Origin: a virus
Lineage: Duplodnaviria; Caudoviricetes
Length of the DNA: 64,000 nt
Direction: 5' to 3' (one strand)
IMG/VR virus record: IMGVR_UViG_3300009684_000032
Location: 95-64,094 of that record
Shown here: piece after piece, positions 18,277-26,740 of the stretch
Layout: each line of letters begins with the position of its first letter
Position numbering within the stretch: the stretch's first letter is position 1
The notes under the pieces: generated by a model
What the model was told of the DNA's origin: nothing
What the model saw: the letters and a program-made list of their open reading frames with translations, nothing else
The model's database searches: none
Made by a program: the position numbers and the translations under genes

Positions 18277-18753
18277 ATGGACAATATTTCATCAATACAA
18301 AACTACAGAAACTTGATTCGACAGCTAACAGAAGCCGGCGACGAACCAGCTGTGGCACCAGATGAAGAAGATGCGGAACCGGCTGTAACACCGGATGAAG
18401 AAGATGCAGAACCTGCTGTATCGCCAGACGACGAGACCGAAGCAGGATCTGTAGATCAAGCCGTCGACGACCGCGACATAGAAGACGTGATGACTGATCC
18501 AAAAACATCTGAAACTCAAAAAATATCTATATCTACTTTAGCGAATGATCTAGGCGTTAGCAATCCCGATGTATTTAAAATTGCATTTAATCAGTTACGT
18601 ACTGGTACAATACCAGATGACCCAGACAGTCAGCGTGAATTAAGCGATGCATTTTTACGAGTATTAACAGCAGACGCATCAACTACACAACGAGTAGTTA
18701 ACCGTCTGCGTGCTATATACCGCAAGTCGGCATCAGGCGCTACTAGCGCCTGA
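18277..18753 (+). CDS. Acidic hypothetical protein with tandem repeat
   Basis: ATAAATA at 18248-18254; GAGG SD; LTE/A site. Confidence 0.7.
   Translation: MDNISSIQNYRNLIRQLTEAGDEPAVAPDEEDAEPAVTPDEEDAEPAVSPDDETEAGSVDQAVDDRDIEDVMTDPKTSETQKISISTLANDLGVSNPDVFKIAFNQLRTGTIPDDPDSQRELSDAFLRVLTADASTTQRVVNRLRAIYRKSASGATSA
18343..18435 (+). repeat. 33-nt tandem repeat, about 3 copies (EPAVxPDEEDA)
   Basis: gaaccagctgtggcaccagatgaagaagatgcg / gaaccggctgtaacaccggatgaagaagatgca / gaacctgctgtatcgccagacgacgag. Confidence 0.9.
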
Positions 18754-20167
18754 TGAGATTAGTTAAACTAGACAATGTTTGTAGATTTTTAGTTGCATCT
18801 GGTACAGGTACTCTTGCTGCGGCAGGTGTATCTGTTTGACTTGCTGCATTCTTTCTGCGTAATTGATCAAATACCTCAGAACCGCCTGCGCCATTTTGAA
18901 GTTGATTTTGTTGATCTTCGTCCAAGTCAAAAATCTTCAATGTGCTTTGATCAAATCCCAAATACACTTTGCTACCTACACCGCTACTGCTTCGCGTCTT
19001 AAGAAACTGTACCTGATATTGCCCACGTTCTTTCATAGCTGCACTTGCAAAGATAGAAATAACATTGTCAGCCGTTTGAATTTTGCTCAAGCCACCTGCA
19101 ATCATACTATGGTTATGTTCCTGTTCCTCAACTGCACTTCTGTTTAACTGCGATGCTGTTACACATACCATGTTGCGCTCAACAGCTAATCCTCTAAGTT
19201 CTTCGGTTACAGCTCTGTCTTTTGTGTTTATGTTGTTTGTATCAACATCTTTACTGTTAGGGTACAACAAGTCCAAATAGTCAACTACCAATACATCACA
19301 ACGCTTTTTGGTTTCAATCTCATAGTTTTTAAGATATGCTTTGATATCATTACAAGTACTACCTTGTGGCAATTGTCGCACATGTAACTCGCCACTATTG
19401 CGCTGTGCCTGCTTGATCTTTATTTCAACAGTATCAAGATTCCTGAAAATCTCCTTGCTGTTAATCTCAGTAAGCATACTGTCCATACGCATACTTGTCA
19501 GACCTTCGCTGAGTTCCAGCGTGATATACACTACATTCAGCCGTTGCTTAACCATGTTTAAACTCATGTTTTGCAAGAACAAACTCTTACCTACACCAGA
19601 TCCTGCACACCATATGGAAATTTCACCTCTGTTAATACCACCATAGAGTTTTTCATCTACAGTTTTCCAACCAGTTGTAACTTGACCGTTTCTGTCTTTG
19701 ATTTTCAGCAGTCGTTCACGAGGATCCGCAAAGTAGTTTGTACCCAAGTCGCTTTGCAAGCTGACCATAATTGCATCGCGTACAAGTTTTTCAACTTCAC
19801 CGTAATTGCCTTTGTCAATTAATTCAGCACTTGCCAGTACTGCATCTGCCAATGCGCGATTTTTGCAAAACTCTTCAATTTCATCTAAAAATGCTTCTTG
19901 ATGCCCATCTGTGATGTCGTCAAGTTTAAAAAAGTCCATGCTGGTTTCTGCATTAACATGTTCAATTTTAGGTAATACTCTATAGTCTTCTGCATGTTTC
20001 AGTATGAATCTAATAGCAGGTCTAAACTTGTTTACAAAGTATTTGGGATTGATAATATTGACACAGCGAGTAAAGATGTCTTCACTGCTTAATAGAATAC
20101 AAATCAGCAGTCGCTGCTTTTCTTCGCCGTATTCTTTACTGTCCTCTGGTTCTTTTTTTCTTACCAT
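18743..20167 (-). CDS. gp41: Replicative DnaB-like helicase (T4 gp41-like)
   Basis: TTGW..VDEKLYGG, Walker A AGSGVGKS, YITLELSE, VVDYLD, TASQLNR. Confidence 0.93.
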   Translation of the reverse strand: MVRKKEPEDSKEYGEEKQRLLICILLSSEDIFTRCVNIINPKYFVNKFRPAIRFILKHAEDYRVLPKIEHVNAETSMDFFKLDDITDGHQEAFLDEIEEFCKNRALADAVLASAELIDKGNYGEVEKLVRDAIMVSLQSDLGTNYFADPRERLLKIKDRNGQVTTGWKTVDEKLYGGINRGEISIWCAGSGVGKSLFLQNMSLNMVKQRLNVVYITLELSEGLTSMRMDSMLTEINSKEIFRNLDTVEIKIKQAQRNSGELHVRQLPQGSTCNDIKAYLKNYEIETKKRCDVLVVDYLDLLYPNSKDVDTNNINTKDRAVTEELRGLAVERNMVCVTASQLNRSAVEEQEHNHSMIAGGLSKIQTADNVISIFASAAMKERGQYQVQFLKTRSSSGVGSKVYLGFDQSTLKIFDLDEDQQNQLQNGAGGSEVFDQLRRKNAASQTDTPAAARVPVPDATKNLQTLSSLTNLIRR

Positions 20168-20934
20168 TACTTCCTCACAATGTCCTCTTCAACGCAATCA
20201 TCGCCGTACTGTATTTCAATCATTCGCAGTTCTTCAGTGCCTTCATTTGACAGTTGATGCCACTTTCCACATTGGATCCACAAATGTTCATGCTTGCCAA
20301 AAACACCAGACAGTTCTATATCACTACTGACATCTAGAGTATACACGGTGGCAACACCGGATGTCACAAACCAAAACTCAGAGCGTTTTTCGTGCTTCTG
20401 CATGCTTAGTTTTTGCCCGGGAGCAACAGTAAGTTCTTTTAGCTTTACTTGTTTACCGTCTTGATGTAGCACTCTGTAATATCCCCATGTTCTATCTGTT
20501 TTAGCATTTTTCCAATCTTCCAGTAACCACGAGCTTGAATTTGCTTTGCTGTCGCCGCCGATTGAATATGCAAATCGCAAGTCGTCATCGTGGTATGACA
20601 TACGCATTTCTGGCGTGTTGTTACTGGTTCTGTCGCCGCCATTCGCAAAAATTATCCTAGCATCTGGATACATATCTCTAACTTTAGCAATAGCATTGCA
20701 TGCAGAACCGTCATTATCATTAAAATCAATGACGTCATCAACTACACCAATACTGGCAAGTACACTTTTGCGTTCATCAAATGGCATAAAAGGTCTAGAT
20801 TTCTTTCTAGTTAACCATGCGTCTGAATTTAATCCAACTATCAGCTTATCGCCCAGTGCTTTTGCCGATGTTAGATAGTTAATGTGACCGCTGTGAATTG
20901 GGTCAAATCCACCCGAAACAAGAACTATTATCAC
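20167..20934 (-). CDS. Cytidylyltransferase-family nucleotidyltransferase fused to a mannose-6-phosphate-isomerase-type cupin
   Basis: SGGFDPIHSGH...GLNSDAWL..KK, FANGGDR; C-terminal RTWGYYRVL, LSMQKHEKRSEFW, IEIQYG...EEDIVR. Confidence 0.88.
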   Translation of the reverse strand: MIIVLVSGGFDPIHSGHINYLTSAKALGDKLIVGLNSDAWLTRKKSRPFMPFDERKSVLASIGVVDDVIDFNDNDGSACNAIAKVRDMYPDARIIFANGGDRTSNNTPEMRMSYHDDDLRFAYSIGGDSKANSSSWLLEDWKNAKTDRTWGYYRVLHQDGKQVKLKELTVAPGQKLSMQKHEKRSEFWFVTSGVATVYTLDVSSDIELSGVFGKHEHLWIQCGKWHQLSNEGTEELRMIEIQYGDDCVEEDIVRK

Positions 20935-21953
20935 GATCTAAACATCCTCCGTTTAACATTAATTTGTAACTCATTTTTAGTACGACTATCGATTATAGTT
21001 TGCAGCGTAAACAGCTTACCATATCTACAAGATGCATCTGCGGCGTCTTTTATATCATCGTCCCAGTCAGGAAAGCTTACTGCCCACCCGTGTTCCAATG
21101 CTATATCTATCAAGCCTTGATTTTTTCTTTGTCTGTCAGGCAACACTATTATTTCTTTATCGCTGCCCTTTAACCATGCCAACTGCTGTTTGCTGAGCTT
21201 GCTGCCAAGTGCTGCAACTCCATCAATCGCAATAGCATCAAACGGTCCTTCTACAAGTATCACATATTTACGCCCATGTTTTATTATAGCGTCGCAGTTA
21301 AACAAATACCCAGTTTGCAAATCACTGTTATAATATCTAGGTATTCCGTCCGGTGGCGTGCCTGCATATCTAGCAGTCCATCCAACTATTTTGTTCTTGT
21401 GATAAAACGGAACAATTAATCTATGATTCAAATCCCATTTACTGCTAGAACTCCAATGGTAATCCCATCCACCTGCAACAGCAGATCCTCTGCTTGCAAT
21501 GTAATTGCAGCATTTGACAAAATTATCATCTAATTCGTCATCTTCCATCACAGCTTGGATGGGTCGTGCATTTTCTGGTAATTTAACTTCTGTAAAATCA
21601 CCGACGATATATGCATCCGTGTCATTGGGTGTTGCAGTGATGCCGTTGATTTTATTATGTAATAGTTCTAACTTTACAAGTTTTACATCATCTTCTGGCA
21701 CGTTTAACCATGACAGTAGATTGTTAAAATTTCTGCCAATATTTAAATTATCATATACAGTTTTAAAGCCGCAGTTATAACAGTTGTATGCTACCTGACC
21801 TTCTTCTGTTATAAGCATGTTACCGCGCATGCGTGTATCTTGCTTATGCCCCCTGTGATGGCAGCACGGTGCATTAAACATCATCCAGCCACGAGGGCTG
21901 GTTTTACGTTTATGCGGTAGATGTTCTACTATCAATTGATGTATAAGTGCCAT
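20931..21953 (-). CDS. gp61: DNA primase (T4 gp61-like)
   Basis: Zn finger CC...YNCYNCG; TOPRIM VEGPFDA and PDR...KDAAD. Confidence 0.9.
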   Translation of the reverse strand: MALIHQLIVEHLPHKRKTSPRGWMMFNAPCCHHRGHKQDTRMRGNMLITEEGQVAYNCYNCGFKTVYDNLNIGRNFNNLLSWLNVPEDDVKLVKLELLHNKINGITATPNDTDAYIVGDFTEVKLPENARPIQAVMEDDELDDNFVKCCNYIASRGSAVAGGWDYHWSSSSKWDLNHRLIVPFYHKNKIVGWTARYAGTPPDGIPRYYNSDLQTGYLFNCDAIIKHGRKYVILVEGPFDAIAIDGVAALGSKLSKQQLAWLKGSDKEIIVLPDRQRKNQGLIDIALEHGWAVSFPDWDDDIKDAADASCRYGKLFTLQTIIDSRTKNELQINVKRRMFRS

Positions 21954-21975
21954 CTACCATTATACACTCTACCCG

Positions 21976-22848
21976 TTAGTTTTTATAGAGTACTTTGTGG
22001 AAAACGCCATCGTTAACTATTAACGTACCAAGGGCTCGTACACTAATTGGATTTTGATCACCTGCCCATACAGGTATGAATCCAAATCTTACCCAATATG
22101 CATTACAGCTAAAATTAAACAGTGTTGGGCCTTCATCACCGTTGTTTGTATGATCAAATATGTAAAATGGGCTGCTTGGAGTTAAAGGAATATAAAACCA
22201 TTCTTGTGGCAAGGGTGAATCATTTTGCAAACTAGCCTGTACAAAAAATGATCCTATCCACTTGGTTTGATATACAGCAACCGTATGCAATCCTCCGGCT
22301 TTTTGCACTTGTGCATCACCTGGGTATGCGCCGCTGAGGAACATAATATCGTCTGCTAGCCCCAATGGCGTCTGTGTAAACTGTGCTGCTAATATTTCTG
22401 TAGCAGGAACTTCGGCACGCAATACACCGTCAAACAATTGAAAATTGCCAGTTGCAGTTTTATTGATATCAGTATAGAATAACTGTTGAACGCCGTTGAC
22501 GTTTGTTACTCGTACTGTGTAATCATAATAGTTTGCAGTCCAATCTTCTATGTCACCCGGATCAAGTGTGAGTCGAGCTTTGCCTTGCAATGGAACTGTT
22601 ACTTCCACTGGTTTGGTTATCATAATTTGACCGTTGTTTTGATTCTGGATAACGCATTCCATTTCCAATCCAACTAGATTTACCGGTCGACGCTCGTTAT
22701 TTCTAATTACGAAATCCAGCGTATTGGTTACACCTTTGTAACATTTTATATCATACTGTATCATAGGCCAATTCACATATGCCGGGTTTGCATCCCACGA
22801 TACCAGCTGTATGTATTCCTTGAAACTGAATAGGAAGACTGTCGGCAT
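21976..22848 (-). CDS. Putative baseplate/structural protein (BppU-like Ig-type N-terminus)
   Basis: YKGVTNTLDFVIRN...PVNL...GKARLTL...YDYTV; late box upstream. Confidence 0.55.
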   Translation of the reverse strand: MPTVFLFSFKEYIQLVSWDANPAYVNWPMIQYDIKCYKGVTNTLDFVIRNNERRPVNLVGLEMECVIQNQNNGQIMITKPVEVTVPLQGKARLTLDPGDIEDWTANYYDYTVRVTNVNGVQQLFYTDINKTATGNFQLFDGVLRAEVPATEILAAQFTQTPLGLADDIMFLSGAYPGDAQVQKAGGLHTVAVYQTKWIGSFFVQASLQNDSPLPQEWFYIPLTPSSPFYIFDHTNNGDEGPTLFNFSCNAYWVRFGFIPVWAGDQNPISVRALGTLIVNDGVFHKVLYKN

Positions 22849-22876
22849 GGCATTCCATTTTATATATACCCTGTAA

Positions 22877-22890
22877 GTATTTATAAATAC
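22877..22890. promoter_or_regulatory. Palindromic bidirectional late promoter GTATTTATAAATAC
   Basis: TATAAATA on both strands, between divergent genes starting at 22848 and 22913. Confidence 0.75.
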
Positions 22891-22912
22891 CTATGAGCAG
22901 GGCATAGCACAC

Positions 22913-23287
22913 ATGATAGATACCAAACACGTATTGCAGGAAAAGTTTCCATTTCTTACAATTATACGACATCTCAACAATGAATACCTCGGCATTATAC
23001 AAAATGCAGATCAATTATTTGTCAGTATGTATATCATGGATAATACATTCACTGAGCAAATGAAGAAAAACTTTATGGAATGCGGAGACACATGGTGGTG
23101 GGAAAGCAATCGTCAAATTCCCATAAACATGTTCATCAAAGAACGTTTTGCAGAATTCAAGCCCAATCTGCGAGTGTTTGCCAGTAAAGACACGGAAATA
23201 GTGCAAGGGCCCATCGTTAATCTCAAAGACACTATGAACAAGCGTGTCAAACGTAGAACTATACAGCTGGTGAGAATAACTCAATGA
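22913..23287 (+). CDS. Hypothetical protein (124 aa)
   Basis: FPFLT...YLGIIQN...WWWESNRQIPINMF. Confidence 0.7.
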   Translation: MIDTKHVLQEKFPFLTIIRHLNNEYLGIIQNADQLFVSMYIMDNTFTEQMKKNFMECGDTWWWESNRQIPINMFIKERFAEFKPNLRVFASKDTEIVQGPIVNLKDTMNKRVKRRTIQLVRITQ

Positions 23288-23616
23288 ATCAAGCTGATAT
23301 AGAACAGGTTCGAGAATATACCCACGCCATGAGAAGTTTTATACGGCTTAACGATCCGGGTGCAATAATGTGGGCAATCAATAATATGCCGCGTCATCTT
23401 GTACCACATGTTAAACATATAGTAGAAGACAATAAAAAGATGATTATGCGGTATATTGCCGCTAAAGTCGAACGTTATGGATTTTTAGATAACTTGGTGA
23501 TAAACTCTATTAACGCATTAGATACGGCCAGAATTAACTGGCCGGATATCGCTATTATTAAACAAAGTATACACGATGCAGAATTACAGCTTCTTGCAGA
23601 TTTACAAGAACCATAA
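23284..23616 (+). CDS. Hypothetical helical protein (110 aa)
   Basis: ATGA-coupled to the previous gene. Confidence 0.6.
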   Translation: MNQADIEQVREYTHAMRSFIRLNDPGAIMWAINNMPRHLVPHVKHIVEDNKKMIMRYIAAKVERYGFLDNLVINSINALDTARINWPDIAIIKQSIHDAELQLLADLQEP

Positions 23617-23631
23617 TACAGTCTAACCGCA

Positions 23632-24102
23632 TCAATCTTTCAGCGTAGTGCCTTCGACAGTAATGCGAACTGTACCGTCTGCATTGACAGTTACCATATC
23701 TTTGGGTTCTTCGTCGCGTTTTGCAGCATCCTCTGCTTCTTTCTCATCGCTCCATTTTTCAAACGTGCTGTGAGCATAGGCAAACATAGTGGCTTCGCTG
23801 CGATCAAAGATACGAGCAAATGCAGTCAACTCTACATTGTCGTCTTTTTTGTCTTCTGCTTCTACCCAAACGTTAAACGGGAATTCAAACTGTTCAACAG
23901 TTTCCCAAATATCAGCCAACCTATCAGGGTGTGCAGAAGGACTGCGGAATAGGTAACCCATACCAAGACTGGGATCCAAGCGTTCAAGTGGATTGTATTC
24001 CAATCCAGAACCCATAGGCCATTGTTCTTTCTTGTATTTCAATTTTACATCTTGCCCAAACATATTGCCGGTGCAAGTGAGTTTACATTTAGTACGAGCC
24101 AT
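23632..24102 (-). CDS. Hypothetical acidic protein
   Basis: Start moved to MARTKCK at 24102, where a CAGGAG SD precedes the ATG. Confidence 0.7.
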   Translation of the reverse strand: MARTKCKLTCTGNMFGQDVKLKYKKEQWPMGSGLEYNPLERLDPSLGMGYLFRSPSAHPDRLADIWETVEQFEFPFNVWVEAEDKKDDNVELTAFARIFDRSEATMFAYAHSTFEKWSDEKEAEDAAKRDEEPKDMVTVNADGTVRITVEGTTLKD

Positions 24103-24733
24103 GTGTGTCTCCTGATTTCGATTCATCTACTGTAACAGATTCTGCCAATTGGTCAAGCAGTAAATTTGCATGAACATATACCAACATTGCATAAGACACA
24201 GCATGCGCTTTCTTAAACTCGTATCCTGCTTCGCCTTTTGTCCATATCTCGTCGCGAATACTGTCGAAGCCGCGACGTTCACACTGTTTTTGTAAATGTC
24301 GCTTGCCCGGTCGTATCAGCGCAAGTATCATTGCAATATGCTCTATACTTTTAGGCTTTAACCTAGCAGTAAGGTCGCCGTAGTTACCCAAATGAAATAG
24401 TTGCGATACAAACGCAGGAATGCCGAATACTTCCCAATCAATGGGTCTATGCATGAGATCCAACAAATGCGCTTCATCTCGTACCTGCTCATAAACACCT
24501 ACATTTAAAAAGTCCAGCTTGAAGAATCCTCGAGACTCTGCTGCTTCATAATCCACACTGCATAGCCCAGTAATGGGATCTTGTGGCACATCATGAAAAT
24601 AAACACCTGTGTTGTGTTTTGTAATTTTACCATCTTTGATAATGCTAGCAGGCACATAATTCATACCAGCAAGCGCACGATCTCTGTTTGCGAAATCAAT
24701 GTCAATATCGCCTCTGTTATGAATACGTTCCAC
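24089..24733 (-). CDS. Miniature DNA polymerase III alpha (DnaE)-like C-family polymerase core
   Basis: GDIDIDF, KHNTGVYF, GFFKLDFL, ALIRPG and GYEFKKAHAVSYA in only 214 aa. Confidence 0.85.
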   Translation of the reverse strand: MERIHNRGDIDIDFANRDRALAGMNYVPASIIKDGKITKHNTGVYFHDVPQDPITGLCSVDYEAAESRGFFKLDFLNVGVYEQVRDEAHLLDLMHRPIDWEVFGIPAFVSQLFHLGNYGDLTARLKPKSIEHIAMILALIRPGKRHLQKQCERRGFDSIRDEIWTKGEAGYEFKKAHAVSYAMLVYVHANLLLDQLAESVTVDESKSGDTHGSY

Positions 24734-24735
24734 AA

Positions 24736-25038
24736 TTAGCCTCTGTCAACTTTGTTGTTTATCATAGACCGTAGTCGTTCTATGTCACGAGTACGCTGAC
24801 GCAAGTGTTCTTCCATTCTACTCATATCTGTTCGCATGTCTGTGATCATGCGTTCTGTTGTACGCAGTCGTTGTTCTAACAGTGTAACATATTCAGGATC
24901 AATAATCTTTAGTACATGCCCATCTATTGTAACTTGTTTGTGTACAGGTTTGGCAATCAGTGATATTTTCTTGGAAAGTGATTGCGGTTCATCATCTTGA
25001 CTATCGTCACTACCGTACATGTTGTTAAGCTCGTTCAT
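24736..25038 (-). CDS. Coiled-coil hypothetical protein
   Basis: Heptad-rich C-terminal half. Confidence 0.65.
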   Translation of the reverse strand: MNELNNMYGSDDSQDDEPQSLSKKISLIAKPVHKQVTIDGHVLKIIDPEYVTLLEQRLRTTERMITDMRTDMSRMEEHLRQRTRDIERLRSMINNKVDRG

Positions 25039-25749
25039 TTACATTCCTGCTTTCTTTAAAGTGTCTTTGATAAATGTTGCACTTTCTTTATCAGATTTGA
25101 ATCTCAAGGTCCACTGTGCAATAGGTGCAAATTCTACAATCATACTTACTTGTTCAGGTGTGCATCTTGCCAGCATGTCTGCTGCACTGTTTGCATTATA
25201 TATCACCCAGGGACTGACTCTGCCAGTTTTTACCCAATGTACAAGTTGATTTGTGTTTACTTCTCTAAAAAAATCTATCCACGACTTTTCATGTTGCTGT
25301 CCCCATTCTCGCATCAGCACTATTGCACGTTCCAATGCCTGTTCCGGACTTTCAGTACGAATGAGATCTTTTACATACTCTGCATACACTGCATCGTGTG
25401 TCCATTTGTCAATTGGCAAATTGTTCTTGATAACATAGTCTATGAATCTTTCGGGTTCTGGTGCAGCAGTATCTAGCAAATGCCTAGAAAATTTACTGAA
25501 TGCAAGATAATACCTGCTATCAATAAACTCTCTGTACGAACGTTTTTTCTTAGCACTGCCAAATTGTTTAGATAGTTCATAGAACCGTGTCCATGCAAGA
25601 AACGCAATCCTGCCTTGTGGCAAATCTTTTTGAAACCATCGCCGTTTCTTCTCACAAACATGGTTAATCAACCGTAACTCGCTAGAGAATTCTCTATTAC
25701 AGAATTCACACTTGTGCAAATTAGGAAGCACGCTCCATTTTTTTGGCAT
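25039..25749 (-). CDS. Protein with N-terminal C2HC/C2H2-like zinc finger
   Basis: HKCEFCNREFSSELRLINHVC. Confidence 0.7.
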   Translation of the reverse strand: MPKKWSVLPNLHKCEFCNREFSSELRLINHVCEKKRRWFQKDLPQGRIAFLAWTRFYELSKQFGSAKKKRSYREFIDSRYYLAFSKFSRHLLDTAAPEPERFIDYVIKNNLPIDKWTHDAVYAEYVKDLIRTESPEQALERAIVLMREWGQQHEKSWIDFFREVNTNQLVHWVKTGRVSPWVIYNANSAADMLARCTPEQVSMIVEFAPIAQWTLRFKSDKESATFIKDTLKKAGM

Positions 25750-26242
25750 CTTCTACTAATTCCTTGATTTCTGCTTTGCTAAGTCCGGCATCTTCTCCGA
25801 GTTCACGCAGTGTATTCTTATCATGACGGCTCTTTAATATAGCCAACTCTGTTGCATTTATACCAGGATACAGTGATATGAAAAAATCATCAACTACTTT
25901 AGTACTACTGCCAACATTGGTTCTGGTATTTTTTGCACCAAGATATGGTCGATATTGTTTGGTAATCAATCCAGTTAAACACAACAGCATATGCTGTAAT
26001 TCTGGATGTTTGCCAAGATCAAATAGCGATTTATTTACTAACTCGTTGGTAGCAATCACTGCATACGCAGCGTGTTTACTTTGCGGTCCTGCACTGGCCA
26101 TGAATCGCATAAGAACGAAAGGAACATATTCCTTTTTCTCTTCAACTGTTAAGCCGTCATAATATTTGAGATCTTGCCTATCCAGTGCTTGGAGAACTGA
26201 ATTCAAGTTTAGTTTTTGTGTACCTGTAGATGCTTTTGCCAT
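25721..26242 (-). CDS. Clamp-loader small subunit (T4 gp62-like)
   Basis: KKEYVPFVLMRFMAS...NELVN...HPELQ pattern; replication-gene context. Confidence 0.55.
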   Translation of the reverse strand: MAKASTGTQKLNLNSVLQALDRQDLKYYDGLTVEEKKEYVPFVLMRFMASAGPQSKHAAYAVIATNELVNKSLFDLGKHPELQHMLLCLTGLITKQYRPYLGAKNTRTNVGSSTKVVDDFFISLYPGINATELAILKSRHDKNTLRELGEDAGLSKAEIKELVEDAKKMERAS

Positions 26243-26247
26243 ATTGT

Positions 26248-26276
26248 ATTGTACCAGATACTGTTAAATTTATCAA
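26248..26276 (-). promoter_or_regulatory. Sigma70-like promoter, predicted leaderless transcript
   Basis: TTGATA-N17-TACAAT (extended TGn), 5 nt before the ATG at 26242. Confidence 0.7.
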
Positions 26277-26304
26277 GTACAAGATTTGAACACATACTAG
26301 ACAT

Positions 26305-26670
26305 ATGGGCAGACCACTTACTGATAAATGGACAGGCACCACACACGGTGTTAACCCGTTGCTGTATCCATTGTTACGGATAAACGGCATTGTTTCTCGC
26401 GGTTATATACTAAAGCAAGTGGGTGCAGACAGATTTTTAGTAGAATCAACTTCTGGCATGAAAAACATATGCAAGCTGGTTAATACAGATCAGTTGCAAA
26501 TAGACGGGCAAATGTGTTTGAGATTCACTGGAGTTGCAAATGGATTTGTCAAAAACTTAACAGACAACAAACTGCGAGACTTCCACGGTAATAGTTTTTT
26601 ATGGAATATCTACACACCTACAGATTTTGAAGTGTATGTGTACGATAATAGTGGCCATGCTGATAAATAA
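26305..26670 (+). CDS. MGRPL-type protein, short paralogue (121 aa)
   Basis: Shares N- and C-terminal motifs with the next gene. Confidence 0.7.
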   Translation: MGRPLTDKWTGTTHGVNPLLYPLLRINGIVSRGYILKQVGADRFLVESTSGMKNICKLVNTDQLQIDGQMCLRFTGVANGFVKNLTDNKLRDFHGNSFLWNIYTPTDFEVYVYDNSGHADK

Positions 26671-26740
26671 AAGTCAACAGCTATGATTATGCGGTTACCC
26701 GCCGCGTAGCCTTAGAACGGCACAAACAAGGAGTAAACAA

